In this document: positions 36,683-48,297 of the stretch, piece by piece | How positions within the stretch are numbered: the stretch's first letter is position 1 | How the letters are laid out: each line of letters starts with the position of its first letter | Source of the DNA: an uncultured Clostridia bacterium | GTDB taxonomy: Bacteria; Bacillota; Clostridia; Christensenellales; UBA1242 | Assembly (NCBI GenBank): GCA_937925475.1 | Contig: CALEWH010000003.1 | Span: 1 to 56,101 of the forward strand | Length of the DNA: 56,101 nucleotides | Direction of reading: 5' to 3' | The notes under the pieces: model-generated | Databases searched by the model: none | What the model was told of the DNA's origin: nothing | What the model saw: the letters and a program-made list of their open reading frames with translations, nothing else | Position numbers and translations under genes: made by a program

Positions 36683-37915
36683 ATGGAAAACAAAAAACAT
36701 ATAAATCCACTTGTCAGTGGAGGCATACTAGTCGATGATCAAGACTATTTTAAAAAGGACGAAGTGAATATGGAAAACAATTCTCTAAAAGCATCTTTGG
36801 CACTTTTGACTAAAATCAAAAATCAAAAAAAGGGCGAAATAAACAGCGCACTTCAAAACACATATCTTAAAGAAGAAAACATAACTCCTAATAACAGTTA
36901 TGCTTTTGACGAGCCAAAAATTAGTACAAACGCTCAAAACAATCAAGCTGATTATATAACTACAAACCCTTCAAACACATACACTCAATCAGAGTTTAAT
37001 GCTACACAAGCAGAGTCTAACGCTCAAAACAATGTAGTTTCTCCACAAGTGAGTCAACCTACTACTCCATTGTACACCACTCAAAATACAGTAAATCCAA
37101 TGTATGAGAGCCAAAACAATTTTGGTCAAGATACAAATCAAAACAATGGTCAAACATATAGCGAAAACAATTTTGGTTTTGATGCACAAGATGCAAACAA
37201 TGCAAGCACACAAGGCGCAGGCATAACAGTAGCCGACCTTGACGACGAAAACCAAAATTCGCTAGTAGAAAAAGACGAATACATTCCTGAATACAGAAAA
37301 CTTATTGACGAGTATCTAAATCAAAGTGGTGACACTGCCCAACCTAGTCAAAGTCCATTTGACTATCAAAGTTATCAAAATCAAGAGAGCACACAAAACC
37401 AAGGTGCGCCTTTGTACAACGTAAACCAAACTGCTCCAATCGAATACGACAACAATCAATATATGGGCGAAAACACAATTGATGAGCCACAAGGCGAACC
37501 ACAATATATCGTAAACGAGAAAGACAAAAAAGGTAAAAGGGGTAAAAAAGAAAAACTTGCTCCTACTTGCACAAAAGAAGAGATAAAAGAAGGCAAAGGG
37601 GTCGCTTGGCTAGCATACATTGTATTCTTCTTGCCACTTCTATTTAAGAAAAACAATCCATTTGTAAGATGGCACGCAAATGAAGGACTAGAACTATTCT
37701 TTATGGATATACTAGGCGTGGGATTTTTCTGCATTGGCTGGTTTTTGAAAAGCAACAACGCATACATCACAGCGCTATATCTAGTATCACTTACAGTGGG
37801 TGCAATCCTTATTATATTGTCGATATTTACTCGAATAATGATGATATTCTTTACACTTGCTGGAAAAGAAGCTCAACACCCTTGGTTCTTTAAAAAGTTC
37901 CGCTTTATAAAATAA
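36683..37915 (+). CDS. Membrane protein: ~300-aa Gln/Asn/Thr-rich low-complexity N-terminal region plus C-terminal DUF4870-like TM domain
   Basis: Q/N-rich sequence (...NAQNNQADYITTNPSNTYTQ...QNNFGQDTNQNNGQTY...). C-terminus GVAWLAYIVFFLPLLFKKNNPFVRWHANEGLELF followed by two TM segments. Confidence 0.6.
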   Translation: MENKKHINPLVSGGILVDDQDYFKKDEVNMENNSLKASLALLTKIKNQKKGEINSALQNTYLKEENITPNNSYAFDEPKISTNAQNNQADYITTNPSNTYTQSEFNATQAESNAQNNVVSPQVSQPTTPLYTTQNTVNPMYESQNNFGQDTNQNNGQTYSENNFGFDAQDANNASTQGAGITVADLDDENQNSLVEKDEYIPEYRKLIDEYLNQSGDTAQPSQSPFDYQSYQNQESTQNQGAPLYNVNQTAPIEYDNNQYMGENTIDEPQGEPQYIVNEKDKKGKRGKKEKLAPTCTKEEIKEGKGVAWLAYIVFFLPLLFKKNNPFVRWHANEGLELFFMDILGVGFFCIGWFLKSNNAYITALYLVSLTVGAILIILSIFTRIMMIFFTLAGKEAQHPWFFKKFRFIK

Positions 37916-38136
37916 CAAGGTTAGTGATTGATTTCTAATCAGATACAAATAAATCATTTTTATCAATATAAAATCGATGCGTCACTTGAATTAATGTGTC
38001 GCTTGAATCAATACAACACTTGATACATTATAAGTAAAAGCATAAATCAATAAAAAAATAACAAAAAAATAAAACCACAATTTGTGGTTTTATTTTTCTT
38101 TTTTCATCTATTTCTTTTTTTCATCTGTATTGATTT

Positions 38137-40719
38137 TTAGATATCGTCATCTTGCGAAGGATTTTCTTCGACAGTGTCATTATCTACAATGTCCAAACTA
38201 TCTTCAACAACAAAGTTTTCAACTGGATTGTCAGGGAGTTCTTCCGCAAGGGCTTCTTCCTCTTCTTCACTCAAAACTACTGCAACATTAACAATCTTAG
38301 ATTTGCCGTGAAGTTTCATAATCCTTACACCTTTTGTGTTTCTGCCGATTCGGCTTATTTCTGTCGCCTTAACTCTTATTGTTTGGCCATCGTCAGTAAT
38401 CATAATAACATCGTTTTCGTCGTTGATTTGTTTAAGATTTACAAGGTTTCCGGTTTGCTCATTGAATATGCCCGCCTTAATACCTTTTCCGTTACGCGAT
38501 TGAACTCTATACTCGTCTTGGTTTGTACGCTTGCCATAACCATTTTCTGAGATTGTCAACATATCACAATCGGCCTTGATTATACTCATATCAACAATGT
38601 ATTCGTTTTCGTCAAGTTTTATCGACTTAACACCCATACTTCCGCGTCCAGTAATGCGGACATTTTTCTCGTTAAACCTTATACACTTGCCATTGTTGCT
38701 TGCCATAATGACTTCATTGTCACCACTTGTAAAGTATGTGTTGATAAGTTCGTCACCCTCAGTAAGACTTATTGCTATCTTTCCGTTTTTGCGGATATTT
38801 TCAAATTCTTCGACTTTTGTACGCTTGATTAGTCCGTTTTTAGTAGCCATCAACAAATATTTTGCATCTGCCTTATCGCTTGTCGAAATCAATGTTGTGA
38901 TACGCTCGTCTTGGTCAAGTGGAAGCAAGTTTACAAATGCTCTGCCCTTGCCGGCTTTTTGCGCTTCTGGGATCTCATAACCTTTTAGAGTGTATACTCT
39001 ACCTTTATTGCTGAAACACATAATTTCGTCATGTGTATTGCTTACAAATATACTCTCTACAAAGTCTTCTTCCTTTGTCTTGTGACCCACAACACCTTTT
39101 CCGCCACGATGTTGGCTCTTATACTCATCAACCGGCATACGTTTAATATATCCGCCGTGAGTAAGTGAAATAACAACATCTTCTTTAGCGATAAGGTCTT
39201 CGATATCAATATCGCCATAATCGACCGATATCTCGCTCTTACGAGGAACACCATAATTGGCTTTAATGTCTTGAAGGTCACGCTTGATAATAGCATAAAC
39301 CTTGTTTTCGTCAGCCAAAATCTCTTTATATTCTTTTATTGCAAGTTCGACCGAAGACAACTCTTGTTTTAGTTTTTCAACTTCAAGACCAGTAAGTCTT
39401 TGTAGTCGCATATCAAGTATTGCGGCTGCTTGTTTTTCGGACAACTCAAATAGTTTTATAAGTTTTGCAATAGCATCGTTTTTATCGTCAGAAAGTTTGA
39501 TAACTCTAATTACTTCGTCAATATTGGCTTGTGCAATAACAAGTCCTTGAAGAATGTGGGCTCTTTGTTCGGCTTTGTCAAGGTCAAACTTTGTGCGTCT
39601 TACAATAATTTCTTTTTGGAAATCAAGATAAGCTGAAAGGATTTCTTTCAAATTAAGCACTTTTGGAACACCATTTATAAGCGCCAAATTGATAGCACCA
39701 AAGGATACTTGCAACATTGTGTGTTTGTACAATGTGTTAAGCACAACTTGTGCATTTGCGTCACGCTTAACTTCGATAACAATACGCATACCTTCTCTAT
39801 CACTTTCTTCTTTAATGTCGGATATGCCTTCAATCTTTTTGTTTTTAACCATATCGGCTATTTGCACGATAAGTTTTGCTTTGTTGACTTGATAAGGGAT
39901 TTCAGTAACAACTATGCGAGTACGAGTGCCATTTGCATAGTCTTCGATCTCGGCTTTACTTCTAATAAGGAAACTACCCTTACCTGTGCGATACATTTGT
40001 TTGATACCATTTCGACCCATAATGATACCTTTTGTAGGAAAGTCTGGGCCAGGGATAATCTTCATTAATTCGTCAATATCTATATCTCTATTGTCAATAA
40101 GTGCTATTACGCCGTCACAAACCTCACTTAAATTGTGTGGTGGAACATTTGTCGCCATACCTACGGCGATACCGTCACTACCATTGACTAGCAAGTTTGG
40201 AAAACGAGCAGGAAGTACAGTAGGTTGCATTTCAGTATCGTCAAAGTTTGGATAAAAGTCGACAACTTCTTTGTCGATATCGGCAAGCATCTCTTTACTT
40301 ATTTTGCTTAGACGCGCTTCTGTATAACGCATCGCAGCGGGAGAGTCACCATCGACGCTACCAAAGTTTCCGTGACCGTCTACAAGTGGACAGTTGATGG
40401 AAAAGTCTTGGGCAAGTCTAACCAATGCATCATAGATTGCTGAGTCACCATGTGGGTGATATTTACCCATAGTGTCACCGACGATACGCGCACACTTTTT
40501 GTATGGGCTTCCGCTAAACAAGTTCATTTCACCCATACTGTATAGTATTCGACGATGTACTGGTTTTAGTCCGTCACGCACATCAGGAATGGCACGGCTT
40601 ACATTAACCGCCATTGCGTACGCTATAAAACTCTTTTCCATCTCTTCTTTAAGTTTGACATCAACCACTTTGCTAGGGTCAAGGTCTTTCATTATATCTT
40701 TTATTTCGTTGTTATCCAT
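38137..40719 (-). CDS. gyrA: DNA gyrase subunit A
   Basis: 860 aa. PDVRDGLKPVHRR, active-site region AAMRYTEARL, acidic C-terminal tail. Confidence 0.97.
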   Translation of the reverse strand: MDNNEIKDIMKDLDPSKVVDVKLKEEMEKSFIAYAMAVNVSRAIPDVRDGLKPVHRRILYSMGEMNLFSGSPYKKCARIVGDTMGKYHPHGDSAIYDALVRLAQDFSINCPLVDGHGNFGSVDGDSPAAMRYTEARLSKISKEMLADIDKEVVDFYPNFDDTEMQPTVLPARFPNLLVNGSDGIAVGMATNVPPHNLSEVCDGVIALIDNRDIDIDELMKIIPGPDFPTKGIIMGRNGIKQMYRTGKGSFLIRSKAEIEDYANGTRTRIVVTEIPYQVNKAKLIVQIADMVKNKKIEGISDIKEESDREGMRIVIEVKRDANAQVVLNTLYKHTMLQVSFGAINLALINGVPKVLNLKEILSAYLDFQKEIIVRRTKFDLDKAEQRAHILQGLVIAQANIDEVIRVIKLSDDKNDAIAKLIKLFELSEKQAAAILDMRLQRLTGLEVEKLKQELSSVELAIKEYKEILADENKVYAIIKRDLQDIKANYGVPRKSEISVDYGDIDIEDLIAKEDVVISLTHGGYIKRMPVDEYKSQHRGGKGVVGHKTKEEDFVESIFVSNTHDEIMCFSNKGRVYTLKGYEIPEAQKAGKGRAFVNLLPLDQDERITTLISTSDKADAKYLLMATKNGLIKRTKVEEFENIRKNGKIAISLTEGDELINTYFTSGDNEVIMASNNGKCIRFNEKNVRITGRGSMGVKSIKLDENEYIVDMSIIKADCDMLTISENGYGKRTNQDEYRVQSRNGKGIKAGIFNEQTGNLVNLKQINDENDVIMITDDGQTIRVKATEISRIGRNTKGVRIMKLHGKSKIVNVAVVLSEEEEEALAEELPDNPVENFVVEDSLDIVDNDTVEENPSQDDDI

Positions 40720-40723
40720 AATT

Positions 40724-41010
40724 TCACCTATTATTTAATCTCAATAATGTGCGTTTTAATTTTTCATCGCGGATCGACTCTATCTCGTCTTTTCCAAACA
40801 TTATTTCAAGTTGGGAAACACAATTTAGTACATCTGCTATTTCTTCTTTGATATGTTGTTCGACTTCTTCGTGCTTATAGCCCGATATCCCACAACGTTT
40901 TAATTTGCAAAGTTCTTTTGTGAGTTCGGCCATTTCTTCTATGCAAACATTGTGTTGGGCTTCATCTCCCCACGCATCTCTAAAAATCTCATAATACTCG
41001 TCTCTTGTCA

Positions 41011-41011
<1 letters not shown>
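40724..41011 (-). CDS. Small MazG-like (all-alpha NTP pyrophosphohydrolase-type) protein inserted between gyrB and gyrA
   Basis: 95 aa. EEMAELTKEL and EEIADVLN acidic helices resemble MazG-type metal-binding motifs. Its ATG overlaps the gyrB TAA (TAATG). Its TGA lies inside the gyrA SD (AGGTGA). Confidence 0.5.
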
Positions 41012-42945
<1,934 letters not shown>

Positions 42946-43104
42946 TTATATCGGGTCGTGCCCTAATTTAACACGCTAATTATATCACAATTATTTAATA
43001 TAATAAAGTAAATTATATAAAATATTTATATTTATACTATATATTTGTATATTTATATATAACTATAATAAAAATAAAAAAGTCTCCTAATTTATAAGAG
43101 ACTT

Positions 43105-43632
43105 TTAAAACAATTTAGAGTAAAGAAACACATCTTCCCATTTATTATTTTTAGTAAAATACTTTTGTTTGGCACAACCTTCCAAATTAAAATCACACTT
43201 TTTTAGCATATTACAACATTTATCATTTCTTGTTAAAACTTCACATTGAAATCTGTGAATTTTATAATTTTCATTTAAAAACTTCATAACACAAGTTAAA
43301 GCTTCTGACATCAAAGACTTTCCCTACCAATTAACACCTAAACAAAATGCCAAATCACAATATTTGTGCTTATTGTTAATACAACAGGTTATTGTACCAA
43401 TAGCTTCTTGTGTTGATTTTTCCATTAATACAAGCTGACAATAGTTATCTTCTAGATTATTTTTTTCCCATATTTTTATAATATTTTTTACTTGGTCAAG
43501 ATTATTGTTGGTTTTCCATAACATCCATCTTGAAACTCTTTCGTCACATCCCCAATTTTTATACATATCCTGAGCGTTTTTTAGTTTTATGTCTTCAATT
43601 ATTAAATTTGGAGTTTTTAAATTTACTTTCAT
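43105..43632 (-). pseudogene. GNAT (RimJ/L-like) acetyltransferase interrupted by a single in-frame TAG
   Basis: ORFs 43324-43632 and 43105-43314 are in the same frame. The translation reads ...CLGVNW*GKSLMSEALTCV..., so the stop (43324-43326) falls in the acetyl-CoA-binding GKG-type motif region. Confidence 0.7.
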
Positions 43633-43705
43633 TTTTACTCTCCCTTATAGTTTAGAATATCAAAAAATAGAAAATAAGTAAACTACAACAAAAAAAGAGT
43701 GAATA

Positions 43706-44242
43706 TCACTCTTTGGATTTGTTTTGAGATTTGTCGCTGTTTTTAATGGCGCGTCTAATTAGTGTCACCGCACTTGGAGTAGTTACTCTTTTTCGTTTGG
43801 CTTTCTTTTGCATATAATCTTGCACTGGGCATTTATGAAACTCAGTAACATCAGTTATTTTATATTTTTTATCGCCAGCCACATATTCGCTCACTTGCTC
43901 AAATTTGTAAAACTTTCCGCTTAGTCCCACAAGTTTGTTGTCGTCAAGCACAAACTCTTTAAGTCTGTCTTTTGTTTCAATTTTCGACCATTTGCGAGTT
44001 TTTCTATCAAATCTATATGTTGTGTCAGGTGTGCATACATCAAGCCCCATCAGCCCCATCATAAAGTGGATATGTTGGCGAGCACTTCCTTCCCACATAC
44101 TAACTGTGCCTGTTGTTTTGAGAGTGTTGTATGCGTCAATCACATTTTGTGAATATTTGCCATTTCCATTATAGTCGTTTAGCATATCCAAAAATGCCAA
44201 CACTTCAAGTTTATTATTAATTAAAACATAACTTCTTTTCAT
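43706..44242 (-). CDS. Hypothetical protein (178 aa) with basic C-terminal tail
   Basis: ORF with terminator 43689-43710 at its 3' end. It is the last minus-strand gene before the strand switch. No motif recognised. Confidence 0.5.
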   Translation of the reverse strand: MKRSYVLINNKLEVLAFLDMLNDYNGNGKYSQNVIDAYNTLKTTGTVSMWEGSARQHIHFMMGLMGLDVCTPDTTYRFDRKTRKWSKIETKDRLKEFVLDDNKLVGLSGKFYKFEQVSEYVAGDKKYKITDVTEFHKCPVQDYMQKKAKRKRVTTPSAVTLIRRAIKNSDKSQNKSKE

Positions 44243-44357
44243 ATAGTTATTATATCAAAAAATCTAGACATTGTCAATGCGAGTTTATTTTAAATAGCCG
44301 GCAAAATCCTTTATATTTGACAAACAAATATGTTATAATAAATCTAGAAGGGAAGAA

Positions 44358-45452
44358 ATGATAATACGCAGTTTAGAGTTGAACAATTACAGAAATTATG
44401 CCAACCAACAAATCTTTTTTGGTGACCACATAAATGTTCTTGTGGGCAAAAACGCTCAGGGCAAAACAAATATGCTCGAAGGTGTTTTTTTGTGTGCAAT
44501 CGGGCGCAGTCCGCGCACAACAAAGGACAAAGAACTTATAAAGTGGAATGCGTCGTTTAGTAAAATCACGCTCGAACTTACAAAATCCAGTGGTGACAAA
44601 AAAATCGAAGTGTATCTGTTTAACAATCAAAACAAAGCAATCAAAATCAATGGATTTCCGATAAAGCGAATGGGCGAACTTATGGGCGAACTAAACGCGA
44701 TATATTTCTCACCGGACGAGATGAAACTTGTAAAAGAGAGCCCTGACGAGCGTAGGCGATTTATGGATATAGACTTGTCGCAGTTTGACAAAAACTATTT
44801 CTACAACCTAAACAAGTACAATCTCATACTTAATCAACGCAACAAATTACTCAAAACTTCCTACAACAATACAAAGGTTCTTAGTGACACAATAAGCATC
44901 TGGAACGAACAACTAGCAAGTGTGGGTTGTAAGATAATCAAGAGCCGACTAGGGCTTATAGAAAAACTAAAAAAATATGCGACCGCTTGTCAAGAGTACT
45001 TGACCGACAGCAAAGAATCGCTCGAACTAACTTACACAGGTTTTTGCGGGGACAGCGAAGAGTCGCTCAAACAAATGCTTCTTGACGGATACAATGCGTC
45101 ACTAGAAAAGGATATGAGTCTTGGATTTACGACCGTAGGCCCACATAGAGACGACATTAAGATACTTTTAAACGGCATTGATGTAAGGCACTTTGGCTCG
45201 CAAGGCCAACAACGCACAGTTGCGCTCGCACTCAAACTTGCCGAACTTGAAGTCTTCAACGACTACTTTAAAGAGTATCCAGTTTTGTTACTTGACGATG
45301 TTTTGTCCGAACTCGACGAAACCCGCCAACTAAAACTACTAAACAAAATAAAAAATATTCAAACAATCATTACTTGCACATCGTTTCCGTTTGATGTGCC
45401 GGCAAGCAAGTTTGAAGTGGAAAACGGAAATATAAAGTGTCTACAAGGGTAG
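44358..45452 (+). CDS. recF: DNA replication/repair protein RecF
   Basis: Walker A GKNAQGKTNMLE, signature GSQGQQRT, Walker B LLLDDVLSELD. 364 aa. Confidence 0.95.
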   Translation: MIIRSLELNNYRNYANQQIFFGDHINVLVGKNAQGKTNMLEGVFLCAIGRSPRTTKDKELIKWNASFSKITLELTKSSGDKKIEVYLFNNQNKAIKINGFPIKRMGELMGELNAIYFSPDEMKLVKESPDERRRFMDIDLSQFDKNYFYNLNKYNLILNQRNKLLKTSYNNTKVLSDTISIWNEQLASVGCKIIKSRLGLIEKLKKYATACQEYLTDSKESLELTYTGFCGDSEESLKQMLLDGYNASLEKDMSLGFTTVGPHRDDIKILLNGIDVRHFGSQGQQRTVALALKLAELEVFNDYFKEYPVLLLDDVLSELDETRQLKLLNKIKNIQTIITCTSFPFDVPASKFEVENGNIKCLQG

Positions 45453-45495
45453 ACAACAAGGTATTTTTTTGATAATATAAATGAAAGGAGAAATT

Positions 45496-46848
45496 ATGAT
45501 ACGACTAGACGAAACTTGGAACAAAGCCTTAGGCATACTAGAAAAAGAAGTAACAGCAGTGTCGTTTGACCTATGGATAAACTCGCTTGCCCCAGTGGAT
45601 TTTAAAAATGGCGTTTTTTATCTAAGCACAACCAGCGAAACTGCCAAAACTCGTATTATAAAATTGCACAGCACACAAATACTTATGGCACTTAAAAGCA
45701 TAAGTGACGAGATAAAAGATTTTGTAGTTTTTGCGCCAGACGAGAGAGAAAAGTATGAGACACAAAAACTAGAAAACCCTACTCAAAACGAAACCACTGA
45801 TGAAAGTGTCGAACTTTGCAAGTTTAATCCCAAATACACATTTGACTCGTTTGTAGTCGGAAACAGCAACAAATATGTTTATGCTGCGTGTCGTGGCGTT
45901 GCGGAAAATCCTTTTAGTAAGATAAACCCACTATTTATATATGGCGGAGTAGGACTAGGCAAAACTCACCTACTTCAATCAATAGGAAACTATATCAGAG
46001 CCAACAGACCCGAACTTAAAGTATTGTATGTGACTTGCAACAACTTCACAAACGACTATATAGGTTCGCTTCGCTCGGGCAAGGACTACACAAACAGTCA
46101 ATTTAGGGAAAAATATCGCAATCTTGATGTTCTTATCATTGATGATATTCAATTTATATCCAATCGCACAAGCACGCAAGAACAATTTTTTGATACATTC
46201 AATGACCTATATCAAAACAACAAACAAATCATAATCGCAAGTGACCGACCACCAAAAGAGATCGCCACACTTGAAGAAAGACTTAGAAGTAGATTTAGTA
46301 TGGGTCTAATACAAGACATTCAATCGCCAGACTTCGAAACAAGGCTTGCAATACTTCAAAAGAAAGCCCAACAAGACAATCACAAGGTCGATGACGAAGT
46401 TTTGACATACATCGCCGAAAACTGCGACACAAACATAAGAGAAATGGAAGGCGTCCTATCAAAAGTATGTTTTTATTCCGAACTACTTGGAAAAGAGAAA
46501 GCCACACTTGAAGATGTCGAAGAAGCGCTTAAAGACCACATAGACCACAACAAAGCCGACCTTACAGCCGACCGCATAATAGACTGTGTATGCAAGTACT
46601 TTTCAATTAGTAAAGACGACCTTGTAGGCAAAAAGAAAAACAAAGAGATAGTAGAGCCAAGACAAATATGTATGTACATAATTTGCGAAATGCTTGACCT
46701 GCCACTTACATCAATCGGCGAGTTGTTTGGCGGTCGTGATCACACAACAGTTATACACGCGCGCGAGAAAGTAAGCCAAAGCATAAAGGAAAACAATCGT
46801 ATCAAAATCATTGTTAGCGACATCAAAAATATGGCAAATCGCACATAA
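45496..46848 (+). CDS. dnaA: Chromosomal replication initiator DnaA
   Basis: GGVGLGKTHLLQ, LIIDDIQF, domain IV ...GGRDHTTVIHAREKV. ATG at 45496 after AAAGGAGA, only 43 nt after the recF stop. Confidence 0.95.
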   Translation: MIRLDETWNKALGILEKEVTAVSFDLWINSLAPVDFKNGVFYLSTTSETAKTRIIKLHSTQILMALKSISDEIKDFVVFAPDEREKYETQKLENPTQNETTDESVELCKFNPKYTFDSFVVGNSNKYVYAACRGVAENPFSKINPLFIYGGVGLGKTHLLQSIGNYIRANRPELKVLYVTCNNFTNDYIGSLRSGKDYTNSQFREKYRNLDVLIIDDIQFISNRTSTQEQFFDTFNDLYQNNKQIIIASDRPPKEIATLEERLRSRFSMGLIQDIQSPDFETRLAILQKKAQQDNHKVDDEVLTYIAENCDTNIREMEGVLSKVCFYSELLGKEKATLEDVEEALKDHIDHNKADLTADRIIDCVCKYFSISKDDLVGKKKNKEIVEPRQICMYIICEMLDLPLTSIGELFGGRDHTTVIHAREKVSQSIKENNRIKIIVSDIKNMANRT

Positions 46849-47053
46849 TTGGGGATATGTGGAAAACTTTTCTGACTTATCAACACACTTATTAACATAG
46901 TCAAAAACAATATATTGATTAGATTTGACAATTTTATGCAAAATATGACACAATATATTGTGTCTAAAAAAGTTATCCACATTTACACACAACATAATAA
47001 TTATAATAACTATTTAAAAATATAAAAATTAATTTGAATTAGGGGACGAAAAA
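46849..47053. other. Candidate oriC segment: DnaA boxes plus an AT-rich unwinding region in the dnaA-dnaN spacer
   Basis: Perfect TTATCCACA at 46973-46981. One-mismatch boxes TGTGGAAAA (46858-46866, reverse orientation) and TTATCAACA (46877-46885). Two-mismatch TTATTAACA (46889-46897). A stretch of about 45 bp that is almost entirely A/T at 46995-47040. Confidence 0.65.
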
Positions 47054-48154
47054 ATGAAACTAGTATGCGAAGGATTAGAACTTAGTGATGCACTTTTGAA
47101 AGTAAGTAAAGGAACAAGCAATCGTACTACAAATCCAATCCTTGAAGGAATAAAACTTACAGCCGATGAAGATCATCTTACACTTAGTGCTACAGATCTT
47201 GAGTTGTCTATTGAAAAAACAATAAGAGCCGAAGTAAAGATAGAAGGTCAAACAGTTGTTCCGGGCAAACTTTTTGCAGAGTATGTAAAAAAACTAAGCA
47301 ATGAGCAAATCGAACTTAATTTGTCAGACAAAAATTTGCTTAACATCAAATATACAGATAGCGTAGGTAAAATCCAATGTTTAAATCCACTCGAATTTCC
47401 TACTATCAAACAACCTGATTTTAGTGACTACTTTGAAATCACTCAAAAGGATTTTAAGTCGCTTATATCAAAGAGTATATTTGCAGTAGCAGTCGAAGAT
47501 AGTAGACCTATTCTTAAAGGTGTAAAGATAGAAGTAAATGGCAATGTTATAAAAGCGGTTGCACTTGACGGATACAGACTAGCGCTAGCCAAGAAAAACA
47601 TTGTAAGAGCGACAAACAACTTTAACATAATAGTTCCTGCACGCAGTCTTAGCGAGATTTCAAAACTCCTTGAAGACAGCGATGAAGTAGTAAAAGTTTT
47701 TGTACAAAAAAATCACCTTATGATAGACTTAAACGCTACAAAAATCACTACTCGCCTACTTGACGGAGATTATCTAAACTACAATCAAATCATTCCACAA
47801 AACTTTAATACTACACTTATCCTTAATAAAGAACAACTTGAAGACGCAATAGAGAGAGCTTCCCTACTTTCCCGAATTGATAAAAACAATATGATTAAGT
47901 TTGATATTACAGATAAGGTTATGGTTTTGTCGAGTAAGAGCGACCTTGGAGATATCAAAGAAAACATCACCATATCTCTTACAGGCAATGACCTTACTAT
48001 TGCTTTCAATGCTCGTTATTTTAGTGAAGCACTAAGAGCGGTAAACGACGAATTTTTAAAACTAAGTTTTGTGTCGTCTGTCGGACCTTGTATTATTACT
48101 TCAAACGAAAGCGACGAGTTTTTGTTCCTTATCCTTCCGGTCCGCATTGTATAA
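47054..48154 (+). CDS. dnaN: DNA polymerase III beta sliding clamp
   Basis: 366 aa. NPILEGIKL, LSATDLELSIE, VALDGYRLA, canonical position after dnaA. Confidence 0.95.
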   Translation: MKLVCEGLELSDALLKVSKGTSNRTTNPILEGIKLTADEDHLTLSATDLELSIEKTIRAEVKIEGQTVVPGKLFAEYVKKLSNEQIELNLSDKNLLNIKYTDSVGKIQCLNPLEFPTIKQPDFSDYFEITQKDFKSLISKSIFAVAVEDSRPILKGVKIEVNGNVIKAVALDGYRLALAKKNIVRATNNFNIIVPARSLSEISKLLEDSDEVVKVFVQKNHLMIDLNATKITTRLLDGDYLNYNQIIPQNFNTTLILNKEQLEDAIERASLLSRIDKNNMIKFDITDKVMVLSSKSDLGDIKENITISLTGNDLTIAFNARYFSEALRAVNDEFLKLSFVSSVGPCIITSNESDEFLFLILPVRIV

Positions 48155-48192
48155 TCTGGTTTGTATTATTTAGTCAAAAAATCGATTGTATC

Positions 48193-48221
48193 ATAACCCA
48201 CGAAATGTGGGTTATTTTTTG
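48193..48221 (+). terminator. Intrinsic terminator after dnaN
   Basis: ATAACCCAC-GAAAT-GTGGGTTAT followed by TTTTTT. Confidence 0.8.
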
Positions 48222-48297
48222 TTTTTGTGTCGAATTGAAAATCCTTAGTATTTACATACTATGTTTTGTGTGATATACTAATTATATGGAGTAAATT

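Noticed and set aside
37916-38136. Cluster of ATCAATA/TATTGAT motifs and three CACTTGA(A/T) repeats downstream of gyrA
   Set aside because: The motifs are short, AT-rich and degenerate. Their number is compatible with chance in a 220-bp AT-rich convergent intergene. No consistent spacing or palindromy is apparent.
43324-43326. TAG recoding (pyrrolysine or a reassigned stop) in the GNAT gene
   Set aside because: TAG is used as a genuine stop by recF, rpmH, rdgB and others in this window. No pyl genes or PYLIS-like context are present. A pseudogene or a sequencing error is simpler.
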